Shown one piece after another: positions 25,810-37,857 of a stretch of DNA of 42,601 nucleotides (its first letter is position 1; each line of letters starts with the position of its first letter). This stretch comes from Chiloscyllium plagiosum. Lineage: Eukaryota. Below the pieces are notes generated by a model. The model saw only the letters and a program-made list of their open reading frames with translations, did not search any database and was not told where the DNA came from. The position numbers and the translations under genes are program-made. Location of the stretch: the NCBI RefSeq assembly GCF_004010195.1, contig NC_057758.1, positions 1,939,542-1,982,142 on the forward strand. Direction: 5' to 3'.

Positions 25810-26430
25810 TGGCGGCAGGATAGTTGAAAAGGTTGCTTAAGACGGCCTACTAGACACTCGCTCTTATCACTCGCATCAACTATAAGTGCAGCAAGGTTAC
25901 GTTGGAAATGAATTGGAGTTTGGTTAGACGACAGCTGGAGGACTGTGTGCAGTTCTGCTTACTGCACAATTAGAAGGAAGCATTTGCTCAGTGGGAGGGC
26001 AGAGCAAAATCACCAGGATGTTGACTGGGATAGCGCATTTCAGATTTGAAGAGAGGCTGGATAACCTCACCTTATTTGTTTTTTGAATAGGCAATTTTGA
26101 GGAGGAGCATGATTATGCTGTATAACAGAATGATAGAAAAGCAGCTGTTCCCTTCAGTCGTCGGATCAATAACACGGGGGTATAAATTTAAAATGAAAGG
26201 CGGGAGTTTTATATGGAATTAGAGAAGGAAGGTCTTTCACCCAGAGGAAGGTAGTTGATGGAGAAAACTCACAAGCTGTAAAATATACTTGGATGAGTCC
26301 GTCAAATTTCGTAATGTCCACAGAAATGTACCAAAAGGAAAGTGGATTTAGTGTTGATTAAGAGTTGTTTTGCCGATGCAGACTCGATGGATCGAAGCAC
26401 TTCTTAGACCCTGGGAAGTTCTATGATAGT
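25810..26430 (+). mobile_element. Degenerate CR1 3' fragment
   Basis: 'ttggttagacgacagctggaggactgtgtgcagttctg' (LVRRQLEDCVQF), 'caccaggatgttgactggga', 'aacacgggggtataaatttaaa'. Confidence 0.75.
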
Positions 26431-27279
26431 ACATCACTGTTCAGACTCTATGAAAAAGTAAATTCTTTAATTAGTTTGCTCTAGAGTTCTCCAAATGCTT
26501 TTCAATTAGTTCAATCTCTGGCATCATTCTTTAAATTTAAATGCATGACTCTCTTTTCGGTTTGTGAATCAGGACCGAACATCACCCATTATTTGGGATC
26601 CTGTATATCAAGGCAAGCACATCATATTTTGGATTGGCAACAACATTCTCAGCTGAAAATTGTGTGAAATGCTATCAGGGTAATTTACTAATCGTCCATT
26701 ATTTCGCAATATTGCTGTGTTTCTCTGACTATTTCCACACCCTCAATTCTTTACACAGAGAAGTGGGTTATCCCATCCCGCTTGAGATGGAACCCTGAAA
26801 TAAATCTCAAATCTGTGTCATATTTTTGTCTTTATTGTGGTTATCTTTGTTTTACCGTGTTCCAGCTGAGATTATTCGTCCATTCTTAGCTTCACACTCG
26901 TGGAAATCGAGTCTAACATCTTTACAATTCTGTTCAGGACGGCAGTTGTTCGGCACACATTTCAGAAGTATATATTGTTATCAAATGAATTAACAAAGGT
27001 GTCAGTGAGGATATATCGGAGCAAGTAAATTCCTACAGGCAGAATGTTTCTAAGAAATGTTATTCTTCGGTGTGTTGCACTTTTCATTAGTTTAGTTTTA
27101 AAAGCTTCTTTATCTGGACTTAGGTCATTTATCCAAATCACTCGGAAGAAAGGGCACCAACAATACTCCAAAAATTGCAAACATGAGTTAAATGTGGAAG
27201 TATTCCTTATTATCGATATGTACGTAGAGATGGTGCTACATTTCTATGAAATTTCGATTTTAATTCTCTCTTTCCATCA

Positions 27280-28103
27280 GACCACTTGATAATTTGGTGG
27301 TTGTTACCCTTGAGGATGTGTTTTATTATTTGCTGTGTTTCTTGACACCGAGTACAAAGTATGGTTGGCTATCAATAGATGCTCGCCCACTTGTTCATCA
27401 GATTTGTTGAAAAGTGTTTCAATTATAAGTAGGTAAAAGACTGCAAAAACTCCGAGAAGCGTTGCGAATGGCAATGTCACTTCAAGAGCGACATGTGGGA
27501 ATGTGTTTGACTGAAGTTTTAAATCTGTCCAATTTCAGAAATGTATTCATTCAGTTTCACTATTAAAAAACGAATGGACAAGTGCTGACCCTCCTCTCTT
27601 TTCGAGATCAAACAATCGTTATTAATTACTCTCGAGTCTGGATAACAATCGAGATCGTCTAACAAATTCTAACCTCGACTATTTCATTTCCTGATTCTAC
27701 TGATCCGTGTATTCACATTCAGACGCATTTTAATGACCACCAAATTCCGCAGCAGGCTACTGGCTCGCAGCGTTTGGAAGGCTCAGCAAGAAACAATGCC
27801 AGAAATAAAAAAAAAACAAAATCATCTCCTGTTTGTCAATTCAGCTAATTTTACCCTGCCGTGGTCAAACTTCATGGTAAATTTTGTATGGCACCAGATG
27901 TGTGGTATGGGTATCATTCTATGTATTGGCTTTATTTTGTTCTAAAACTGGGTTTCAAGATGTTTTACCTCAGCTGCTGCACCGATATCACGATTTCTGC
28001 CGTGAACCAAACTACGTTTAGACAGAAGCTGAAGAATATGTTGAAATATTGCTTTTTTCCAACCTATCGATCAATCAATCATGTTCACTATTCAATCAAT
28101 TAA
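27280..28103 (+). pseudogene. Second, highly decayed GPR139-like remnant
   Basis: 'MPEIKKK...LLFVNSANFTLPW' and 'YLSCCTDITISAVNQTTFRQKLKNMLKYCF' parallel TM6-TM7-helix 8 of the upstream copy. The 5' boundary (possible acceptor ctctttccatcag ~27280) is uncertain. Confidence 0.7.
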
Positions 28104-28639
28104 TCCATGAGTCCCTCATTATAATTCAGATTTGCAGCAATTAAGCAGCCTATCGCTGTTGTAACAGTCTGGTTCGTCCAAACCTTTCACATCGATTGTC
28201 ACGCACAGTTCAGTGTTTCTCTAAACTCTGGCCTCAGTGAGAAAAAAAACACCATTGTAAACAGTCTTCTGTGATTTAAAGCTGTAAATAATGAAGAAAA
28301 TGTTAATTGAAAAGTGCCAAACAACAGACCTAACTGGTTGCTTTGATTTTTTGTTGAGAAGCTGAGCTGGAGAGAAACTGATGAGGCCTGAAGCCCTCTT
28401 CCCCAGGGAGTGGACCAGAGAGGAGCTCAGCAATTAGTTTTAAATGGCAATATATTTGCTTTCTCCTCTTAATTCTCACATTCTCCGTTTATATTGCCCT
28501 TCCACTCATTGTCCTAGCTACACTCCAGACCTTTCTCTTTCTTATATCTCCCTAGTCTCCTCCTGCCATGTGTGAGATTTATATGGCGGTTTTTGTTTCT
28601 GCATTTTGGTCATTGCGTATGTATATCTCCAGAGGTCGA

Positions 28640-29012
28640 TACCAGTATGTTGGTATATATTGTGCATGTTGTGGATGTTTATAAAATCATGAACAACATG
28701 GAAACGGTAGAAAGACTTTCTTCCAGTGGTGGTGGATCCCAATCTGCAGAGCATATCCTTGGAATAAGTCTTTAAGACGATCTGAGTAGTAATTATTTCA
28801 CACTCATGTTGATGTGCGTGGGGGACAATCTCCTGCAGAAGTTTTGAAGACTGGTAATTACATCATTTCAAAAGCATCTGGCTTGGTGAGTGTAAATGAA
28901 GAGTTGAGACGGTTGTGATCGAAATGCTGGCAAATGGGAATACATTCGATGTTGGGTCAGCATGGACACGTCGAACAGACAGGTATGTTTCCATTCAGCA
29001 TCACTCTGTGAC
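28640..29012 (+). mobile_element. Degenerate CR1 3' fragment
   Basis: 'DVYKIMNNME', 'gcagagcatatcctt', tail 'tcactctgtgactc'. Confidence 0.6.
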
Positions 29013-29084
29013 TCCATATCTGTGTATTTCTGTGTGTGTGTGTATGTGTCCGGTCTCATGTGCGTCTTTCTGTCAGTCTGTAGC

Positions 29085-29600
29085 TCAGGTTGACGTTCTG
29101 AATGTACGTTTGTTTGCTGAGCTGCAAGTTTATTTTTTCAGGCGTTTCGTCACCATACTAGTTGACATAATCAGTGAGCCCTCCAGATGAATCCCTGGTG
29201 GTATAGCTCACTTTCTATTTATGTGTTTGGGTTTTCGAGGGTTGTGGATATAAGTTCCGGCAATGACTTTATTTCCTGTTCTTCTTGTTAAGAAATGTTA
29301 ATTGTGATCAAAATCAATGTGTTTGTTGATAGAGTTCTGGTTGGAAGGCCAAGCTTCTAGGAATTCTCGTGCGTGTCTCTATTTGGCTTGTGCTAAGATG
29401 GATGTGTTGTCCCATTCGAAGTGGCGTCCTTCCTCATCTGTATGTAAGGACGAACATGAACTAGCCACAAGAAGACATGCCCCTCTCTCATTAGAAACCT
29501 TACTAGATTTAGTGTGTGTGCATATTTTGATTTTCTGCTGCACGCGGATTTACGTGGAGGGTGAAAGATCGTTATGTGCTTACACAGTCATTCCCATGTT
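29085..29600 (-). mobile_element. Probable Penelope-like fragment
   Basis: 'gcgtttcgtcaccatactagttgacataatcagtg' is the reverse complement of a CTGA..GA...GAAAC-type PLE end. Heavily decayed. Confidence 0.45.
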
Positions 29601-30489
29601 GTAAAGTTGCTAAAAAAAACACAATGGAGACGGAATCCATAATATGAATGTAAAAGGACTTTTCCCTTAGGAGTCAAATATTATAAAACAGACACACACA
29701 CTCTCACTCACTCTCACAATTACATTAACATGTACTCAAACACTTTGGTGTGCTACTCGTCATGGTCAACATTGTCATGGGGGAAAGTTGGCACTGTCTG
29801 CATTTGAAAACACTGCAATTCTGCAGAGAATGATAGATTTGCATCTCTGAAGGAAGCTGGGAGATTATGCCGAAATAATTATTTCTCTTTTCCTAATATT
29901 TCAGATGTGACTTTGTTCTTCGATGACATATCTATTTTGAATGCTGCATGGCAGGATTGAGTGAGATACCAGCTCCTCTTACTATTTCAGACTCCAGTTA
30001 TTCAAACACGAGAACAATCTTCTCCATTGCCATTGTCTGCCTTCTTCCAGATCACATCGCCGTACCTGTACGTGTGATTTCTCCCACAAACTCAAATATT
30101 TCTTGGAGGCAGATGTCGATATTTCACAAACTCCCAGTGCACTGCCACTACTTACCACCTATAGATCATGACATATTGGGAGCTAAATGTGTGCAATTTG
30201 CCTGACTTGTCTCCACTATAAACAGTGACAGCACTAATTGATTATATAATGTCTGCCCAATAATCTGAGAGGCCAAGTGTTTCTGGAAGACTCTGTAGGT
30301 TATATTGTTTAATTCTGCACCAATCCTGCTGGGTTCCCTTCACTGAAGCTCAGTCTGCTTTTACTGCCATTTACAGAGTTTTGTCGCTGTTGATCAACCC
30401 ACCTATACCTCGCTTGCTCTACTTGAATACTCTCCTCCTCATATTTCACTCTATCACCTTTTCCATTTCTTCAATGTTTTTCTTTCTTT

Positions 30490-30815
30490 TTGTTTCGTTT
30501 TTTTCGGAATCAGGTTCTTCAGCCCAGCTAGTCCACACCAACCATGCGAAGAGTAATCCATCCAATTCCATTCACTACCTTATTATTCTACATTTACCAC
30601 TGACTATTACACATCCTGACGTACACTTCCCTTTACCCTATGGCAATTTGACATGGCCAATTCACCAAACATGCTAATCTTTGAAATGTGGGAAGAAACC
30701 AGACCACCCGGGGGGACAGACGTAGACACGGGTGGAATACGCAAACTCATCACATACAGTCGTTCGACCGTGGAATGCATCCCGGGTCCCAGCTGCTGTG
30801 AGGCAGCAGTGCTAC
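30490..30815 (-). mobile_element. Degenerate HE1-like SINE
   Basis: 'tgtgggaagaaaccagaccacccg...gctgctgtgaggcagcagtgctac' is the reverse complement of the SINE head and core. Confidence 0.75.
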
Positions 30816-30999
30816 TTCCATCTTGAGTTTTTCCTGTGTATCACCATTTGTGAACTGCCTTCCAAATATCTACGTTCATATCGTTACTGTTGTGTCGATG
30901 GAGGGGTTGGGATGCTCATTTAGTTGGGTGGCTGCTTTACGATGAAGAGTGATGCAAACAATGAAAGTTTAATTCTGGTACCTATTCAAGACCGTAAGC

Positions 31000-31390
31000 G
31001 ACAGTACGAGGAATAGGCCATGCGATGCCTGAAACCTGTTGTGCTATACAGAAGAATCATGATATTCCTCACATTCACGTGCCTATCCTTTGCTGTAAAT
31101 CTGGAATATTTCTATCTCTGATTTAAGTATATTCAAGGGTCCTGGCATCACAGCTTTCCGTTAGAAGCACTTTGATACATTCTGTTCCCGGTGAGGGAAG
31201 AGATTCCTCCTCATAACAGTTTGAAATTGACACCCCTTAATTCTGAGACTCATCCGTAAGATGGAATATCTTCTCAGTGTTCACACTATAAATCCCCATT
31301 GGGAATCCTGTGTATTTCATGTGAAAATGTCTGTCATTCTTCTGAATTCCAGTGAGTAGAGTTCCAACTGTACAATATTTAATCAGATGA
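31000..31390 (-). mobile_element. Old CR1 3' part (continues at 40311)
   Basis: 'ggaataggccatgcgatgcctgaaacctg' tail and a degenerate ORF2 end; colinear continuation beyond the Gypsy 3' LTR. Confidence 0.6.
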
Positions 31391-31814
31391 CTTTTCGGAA
31401 TTTGAAGGCGTGCACTGTACCTTTAAGAGACAGTGAATGCTATCTTGCACTGACAGTGACAAGCAGCTGTCATATGTCGAGTGAGAGAGATAGAACTGGA
31501 TAAACAGGTATTCCTTAATGCCCCACCGACTGAGGATTCAAACACAGATGTCGTTCAGTTTGATGTGCCTCAAAATATGTTAAACAGTAAGGATTTCCTG
31601 GAGGAGTGAACTATCTGCCTTAGGGGAAAATAACCCAGTTGAAAGGTCTGTTGTAGCAATAGGAGGACATGTGTAGGATTAAGATGGGACGGAGTAGTAC
31701 TATTATGCATGAGGTATAACGGTGAATGCTTTCCAATAAAACAATATGCCAACAGGAGTAATCCTTTCAAAGGTTCAGAAGGAAGTGGTTACGATGCTCA
31801 ACGAAGATATCAAA

Positions 31815-33541
31815 GAGCAAAGAACAAAGAACCTTACACCACAGGAACAGGCCAGTCGGCCTTCAATGCCTGCGCCGATCCAGATACCTGTCGCCTATTT
31901 CCTAAGGATCTGTATCCCTCTGCTCTCTTCCCATTCTTTTATCTGTCTGGATACATTTTAAATGACGCTATCGTGTCTGCATTTACCACATCTGCGGGCA
32001 AAAATTTCCGGACACCCACTACCCTCTGCATAAAGAACTTGCCACGCATATCTCCCTTAAACATTGCCCCGCTCACCTCGAGTTCATGACCCCTTGTAAT
32101 TGTGTCTCTCATTCTGGGAAAATGGTTTTTGCTGTTCAAACAGTTTATACCTCTCATGATTTTGGAGACCTCAATCATGTCCAACTTAAACTCTGTCTTT
32201 CCAATGAAAATAATACTAATCTACTCAACCTCTCTTTCTAGCCAGCTCTGTCCATATAAGGCGTCATCCTGGTGAAAATCCTCTGCATCCTCCCCAAAGC
32301 ATCTACATGGTAATGTGGCGATCAGAACAGTACGCAGCATTACAAATGTGGCCGAAATGAAAGTCTTATGCAACTGTATCATGAGGTGCCAACTGTTGTA
32401 CTCAATACCTTGACCAACGATGGAAAGCATGCCGTGTGTCTTCTTGACTACGGTTTCGAGCTACGTTGTCAGGTTCAGGGTATAGTGGAGCTGAACACCC
32501 AGATCTCTCTTTTCATCAATTTTCCGAGGTTTTTTCTGTTTTCCGTACATTTCACTCGAGAATTGGATGTTCCAAAATGCGTCACATTGCATTGGTCGGG
32601 ATCGAATTCCATCTGCCATTTCTCCACACAACTTTTCAATTTATTTCAATTCTGCTGAATTCTCTGATATTCCCTTCACTGTCTGCTACTCCACCAATCT
32701 TAGTGTTCTTTGCAAACTTGCTATTCAGACCACCTGTACCTTCCTCCTGAATATTTGTGTCTGTCGCAGACAGCATTCCAGCTGGGATCCCTGTGGAATA
32801 CCACTGGACTCCATTTTGAGAAACTCCCTTCCAATACTTGTCTCTGTCTCCCGTTGACAAACAATTTCTGTATACACCCAACTAGTACAACCTGGACCCC
32901 ATACGACTTCATTTCTCAAACAGCTTACCATGACGAACCTTATCAAACGGCATATTGAAGTCCTATGACATCTACAGCCCTTCTCTTATCAATCAACTTT
33001 CTCACTTCCTCAAAGAATTCTATTCAGCTGGTAAGATATGAACTTCCCCGCTCAAAACCATGTTGATGATCACTGATACGCCGTTTTACTTCCAAATGGG
33101 AATAGATGCTATGCCTCAGCATATTCTCCAGCAGATTCCCTACTACCGACGTCAATTTCTGTGATCTATAGTTACTTGGATTATCCCTGCTATCTTCTGA
33201 AACAAGGTGAACAACACAAGCAATTCACAAGTCTGATGGGATGTCATCCGTGTTCAAGAATGCAGCAAGGATATCTGATAACGCCCCAGTTCTTTCCTCT
33301 CTCGCTTTCCTCAATAATCTGGGATAGATCCCATACAGCCAAGGGAGTTGTCCAACTTCACGCCTTTTAAAATGCCCAACAGTTTCTCCCACCTTAGGTC
33401 AGCTTGATCTCGAGTAATCAAACTTCTATCCTTAACCTCAACATCCGGTATGTTCATCTCCTCAGTGAATACTGATGCAATGCACTCAATCAGGATCTCA
33501 TCCATTTTTTTCGACTCTGCGCATAAATTTCCTCCTTTGTC
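31815..33541 (-). mobile_element. 5'-truncated CR1 LINE with 6-bp TSD atcaaa (31809-31814 and 33542-33547)
   Basis: (aaagaac)n tail; 'DMIEVSKIMRG...TRGHELEV'; 'SGIPQGSQL'; 'SKFAKNTKIGGV'. Confidence 0.85.
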
Positions 33542-33661
33542 ATCAAACCGAGTCAGAGTGAGTACAGTTCGCCAATTGCATTACTTCACAAACCTGATGG
33601 GACTCAAGGATGTTTTGTGGGCTCTCACAAGATCGATGCCAAAACACAATCGGACTCATAT

Positions 33662-34230
33662 TATCGAAAATAAAGAACATTAGGGCATGTGAAGGGTTAA
33701 AGCATAAAGACCACTGTTGGAATATTACAAGTTGCCTATAGAATGAGGTAACAAATAGCTAATCAGCAATTAGTAAAGACAGACAGCGGCTAGAGACCGT
33801 TGTGGCAGAATGATGACAACCAATATCCAATCAGAAGTTAGCAGAACCAGCCTGAGGCTGAAGACCACTGTGACAGATATGATAATAAATATCTAATCGT
33901 GACATAGTGGAATAGAACTAAGTTTGACGTAAGAGATATCATAATGGTAGAAGTAGAGAGAACAGGAACTAACGCCATTGGTATCTGACATGTCTGCAGT
34001 GAGATAGCCCTGACTAAAGAATTGGACACACTGACAAGCCTAAAGAAACCCTGGAATGACAAAGTATAAAGAATAACGGACCCCGAGATTTGAGGTGGGG
34101 GCGGGGGGGCGGGGATGCGGCTGTCAGAAATTCGCCGAAATTCGCATTCTGAATGTCAAGGCTTTCGTTTGCAAATAAAAGATTATCTTCTTGAGGAACT
34201 CTGTGCGTCTCGTACTGATTCTTTCTGACA
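33662..34230 (+). repeat. ERV 5' LTR
   Basis: Direct repeat of 37858-38424 (~80-85% by eye); TATAAA at 34065-34070; AATAAA at 34174-34179. Confidence 0.92.
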
Positions 34231-34234
34231 AATT

Positions 34235-34252
34235 TGGTTCTGCGAGCAGGGT
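34235..34252 (+). promoter_or_regulatory. ERV primer-binding site, tRNA-Ser-like
   Basis: TGGTTCTGCGAGCAGGGT vs the complement of vertebrate tRNA-Ser(TGA), TGGCGCAGCGAGCAGGGT (15/18); 4 nt after the LTR. Confidence 0.75.
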
Positions 34253-34576
34253 CGTGAAGAGACCTACCTGAAAAGGGGGCAGCAGCAACAGGGCGCTTCT
34301 CTGTCCGACGGGCGCATTCCCGAGACTGATAGAATAAGGGTACCCAATAAAAAGACGCAGCACGTTTGCTGCTAATTCTGATTATACTTTGCTGGTTTTT
34401 GGTGGTCGTCGGGTACTCGGAGTTGCGGGAAACTGCTGGAGAGTCTCTCCGATCCAAGATGCAAAAAGCAAGTGGTATATTCCAGTTGAAGGAGATGTGC
34501 AGGGTTGTTTAAGAAAACTGTGCATTGGGGTAAGGAGTGAATAAGGACAGAATCAAAGTAATTGGCTTAGTTAAAT

Positions 34577-34773
34577 TTTCCCGTGATGCTCAGAAAAAGT
34601 CCACGTGGTGTTAGTAAAACGTACACATGGTGTTAGTTAAACGTCCACATGGAGTTAGGAAAAAAATCCATGTGGTGCTAATAAGAAGTTCACGAGGTAT
34701 TGAGAAAAATTCCACATGGTGGTCATAAAAGTCTACTTGGTGGTAGGAAAGAATCTACTTGGTGAATATAAAA
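34577..34773 (+). repeat. ~9 x 21-23-bp tandem array in the ERV leader, consensus ~GTCCACRTGGTGYTAGNAAAA
   Basis: Units include gtccacgtggtgttagtaaaac, gtacacatggtgttagttaaac, gtccacatggagttaggaaaaaa, atccatgtggtgctaataagaa and ttccacatggtggtcataaaa. Confidence 0.9.
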
Positions 34774-34899
34774 CCCTGTAGATACCGTCTCATAGATAAT
34801 GGAGGCCTGAACGGATCGGGAAGAATAGGTATTGCTTTACGGGTGAGCCAAGCTGGCTGAGCAAATACGATGGAAGCAAACGAGAGCTAGGTAGAATCA

Positions 34900-35937
34900 A
34901 GAAGGCTTGTGGGCCACGGAGGAAGGTTTATGGATAGCATCTAACCCGTTGTTGACATATTTTATTTCAGAAGCACATAGATTGGATCACTGCGCAAGAG
35001 GGGAGGTGATAAGCAAGATATAACGGGATGGATTCTTTTCGCCATACTTGCAGGCCTCGGTGGACTGTATGTTGTCACAATGTGAGGTGTCTGTGCAGTA
35101 TAGTTTTAGAAAGGGGATAACGACCCCCTATAGGACACATACCAGTGCCGGAAGGGCCATTCAAGCATTTAGTGATTGATGACATGGATATGATCGGGCA
35201 GGTGAGAGGGAAAATGGACATGTGCGTGGTGATTGATAGGTTCAATCGATGGGTAGAAGCAGCCCCTTCCAAAGATGCAGGAGCAGGATCTAACCCAGTT
35301 GAAATTTCTGACAAATAAAGTTATCCCAATGTTTGGTATACTGTCGGAAATTAGTTCAGAAAATGGGTCTGCTTTCATTAAGAAAGTTGTTAAGTTGTTG
35401 TTGCAGACGTTGAAAATCAAACAGAAATTTGGATGCGTATATCATCCCCAGTCAGAAGGTATGGTGGAAAGGGTTAATGGGATATTGAAAGCCAAATGAA
35501 ATATGATTTGCATGAGCACCAGCCTTAACTGGATCGATGCGCTGGCTTTAATGAGTTATCACATGCAGACTAACCGCATCAACAATTTAACAACACATGA
35601 GTTGCTCACATGCAGGCCTATGCCATTGCAAGCTTATAGCTTAATCAATATTTGCAGCAGCTAACCATGATACATAGGGGACTATCCACATACAGGAAAC
35701 ACAAAGGGAGCTGACAGCTGACAACGATGAAGAACCTATTAAGCCCGGGGATCGGTTGTACGTACGGGTCTTCTGGAGGTCGTGGAATGAGCCAAGAGGT
35801 CGGTACCTTTCGTAGTGACGGTACCTTTCGTAGTGACTAAGGCATTACCTACCGCCATTCAAGTGGAAGGACGACATGTATGGTACCACATTAATCATTG
35901 TACTAAAGCTCTCCCACTTGGCGCAGTTAGACTCTGA
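34900..35937 (+). pseudogene. pol: Retroviral integrase (pol 3' end), frameshifted
   Basis: HHCC-like 'EAHRLDHCARGEV...QCE..'; 'GPFKHLVIDDMDM'; 'IDRFNRWVEA'; 'FGILSEISSENGSAF'; 'YHPQSEGMVERVNGILK'; C-terminal 'AIQVEGR..WYHINHC'. Confidence 0.88.
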
Positions 35938-36264
35938 AGCTGAGGTAAGTGGAGCTGAGGCCGATGAACTTCGACTCAGACAGGACACGCAGGAAGCTAG
36001 TACCATACATCAGGGTACCGAACAAGATACCGATGCAGTTCTTAGGAACACTGATCATTCCGGAAGTGAGAATGATGCAGATGCAGAGATTAGCCCTTTT
36101 TCTGGCAGCGAGGATGGGGGAGGCGTAGTGGAGACCCTGATGCCCCCCCCTCCCTGATGGCCTCAGACTTTGAGACCATTAACATGGCAGACCTGGCCTG
36201 GAGATGTTAGGGCTACTCAAACCGGGAGACGTAGAGGCATCAGGAGTGCAGACCTTGCTGCTCT

Positions 36265-37560
36265 GACGTGAATACGTGCCTATAACAATCAGTGGTACCA
36301 ATGGCCAAATTATATGGCCGTAATGATAGCTAGGCAAGCCTGCTTCTCGTGCACCTCGGCGAACCCTCGTACTACATCAGCGATATGCCCTATAACTCAA
36401 AAACTCGCACTCAATGGCGTTTGCGAAACACTTGCCTACCTCTTAATCCGAATGGTTCATCAACTTACACGCAATCCAATTGCCTTTTCTTGTGCCTCCT
36501 TCTCAAGTCCTTCACATCCTATCAGCAGGATGATGTAGGAAGGCAGCAACTCCAACGGCGGTGCAGCTATAGAACCCCGTTGTCCACCAGCAAGATGAAT
36601 TATACATTCCCTATGGCTGCCTTTAGAATACGGGATGGATTGAGTTTTGAGTCTTTTAAACGAAATGGTTCCAAGTCAATAGGTATTTCAAGGGTCTCTG
36701 TGGGAACACGATTGAGTTCGAGGTGGATAACCACGTTTGGGGCTATCCTGAACTCTCAACACGTCCGACTGACAGACACTTGGTGGTTGTGTGGTAAGAA
36801 ATACACTGCCGCTGACTGGATTGGCAGCTGTGCCTGTGTGATGCTTCTGCATGAGATCGTTATATCGCCACAGACGCAGCTTGGCGCTCCGTAACAGTCA
36901 ACTATGTACTGCACTAATTGACGGTATGTCCCTGATCCCATGATTCGGATCGATAGTATAGGTTAGCGAAGAGTTATCCCTAATCAGTTTAAATCCCGCA
37001 ACGAAGTTGCCGCAGGCTGAGAAGCTTTCATACCAGTAATTGGGTTGAGCAAAAAATGTTGAATGGATCAATTACATATACTACAACCAGCAGAGATTTA
37101 TCAACCAGACTGATGATGCCCTTGTGGCCTTCAGAGAACAATTGGCTGCCACCCACCAAAATGACATTGCTGAACACACAGGTCTTAGACTGGATAGTGG
37201 CAGAACAAGATGGTGTTTTCGTGATGATTGGTGAGCATTGCTGTACCTTCATACCCAACAGCACCAGCTTTGGTGCGTATTTTACTGAAGCAACGGAAAA
37301 GCTAAACAATCATACACAGGAGTTAAAGGGATTTGGTCTTCAGGCATTTGAATGGTTGACTAATATGTTGGGGTCTTGGGGTGCATGGTTCGTCAAGATT
37401 GGTCTTATTGTAGGTGCTGTATTACTTGACATCACCTTTTTTTGTTGTGCCCTGCAGTTTATAAAGTCTTTTCAAGGTCGTGTTACTACATGGCAACTCA
37501 TATTCATTTCAACAAAACCCAGATGTTCTTCCTCTTCTGATGGAGCCTCGCCACTCTACC
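36265..37560 (+). pseudogene. env: Retroviral env (gamma-type TM), disrupted
   Basis: SU 'NNQWYQWPNYMA...CFSC' and 'DTWWLCGKK..WIGSCA'; TM 'IPNQFKSRNEVAAG', 'NVEWINYIYYNQQRFIN', ISD 'LLNTQVLDWIVAEQDG', CX6CC as 'FVMIGEHCC', membrane span 'WFVKIGLIVGAVLLDITFFCC'. Contains stops and frameshifts. Confidence 0.9.
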
Positions 37561-37857
37561 ATTACGATCTGACAACCGCCTCGGTACAAGGAGCGTGTTC
37601 ACATGAGGACATCGATGTTACTTCTGAAGAACGCGTGGATTCCAGATTGCGAGGGACTTTGGGTCTTTTTTGCTGCTCTGGTTACTGGAGGGCAGCTACT
37701 TGGCCCACGGCACCCCAGGAACGGAGGAAGAAACCTTAAGAATCAGACCCCGAAATTTATTGGGTCCGTTTTGGGGCCTGTAATATTTTTATTGGGTACA
37801 AGTGGTCTGGACTTATTGTTTTCTTTATAGAGAGACCAGAAGGTCTCAAAAGGGGAA

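Noticed and set aside
34577..34773. CRISPR-like array
   Set aside because: Head-to-tail degenerate ~22-bp units without unique spacers, no cas genes, eukaryotic proviral context.
34955..34970. Splice acceptor tatttttatttcag in the ERV
   Set aside because: Equally explained as pol coding sequence (LLTYF-ISEAH) leading into the IN zinc finger.
36265..37560. Domesticated syncytin-like env
   Set aside because: In-frame stops (~36893, ~36964, ~37018), frameshifts, mutated CX6CC and no clear furin site or signal peptide.
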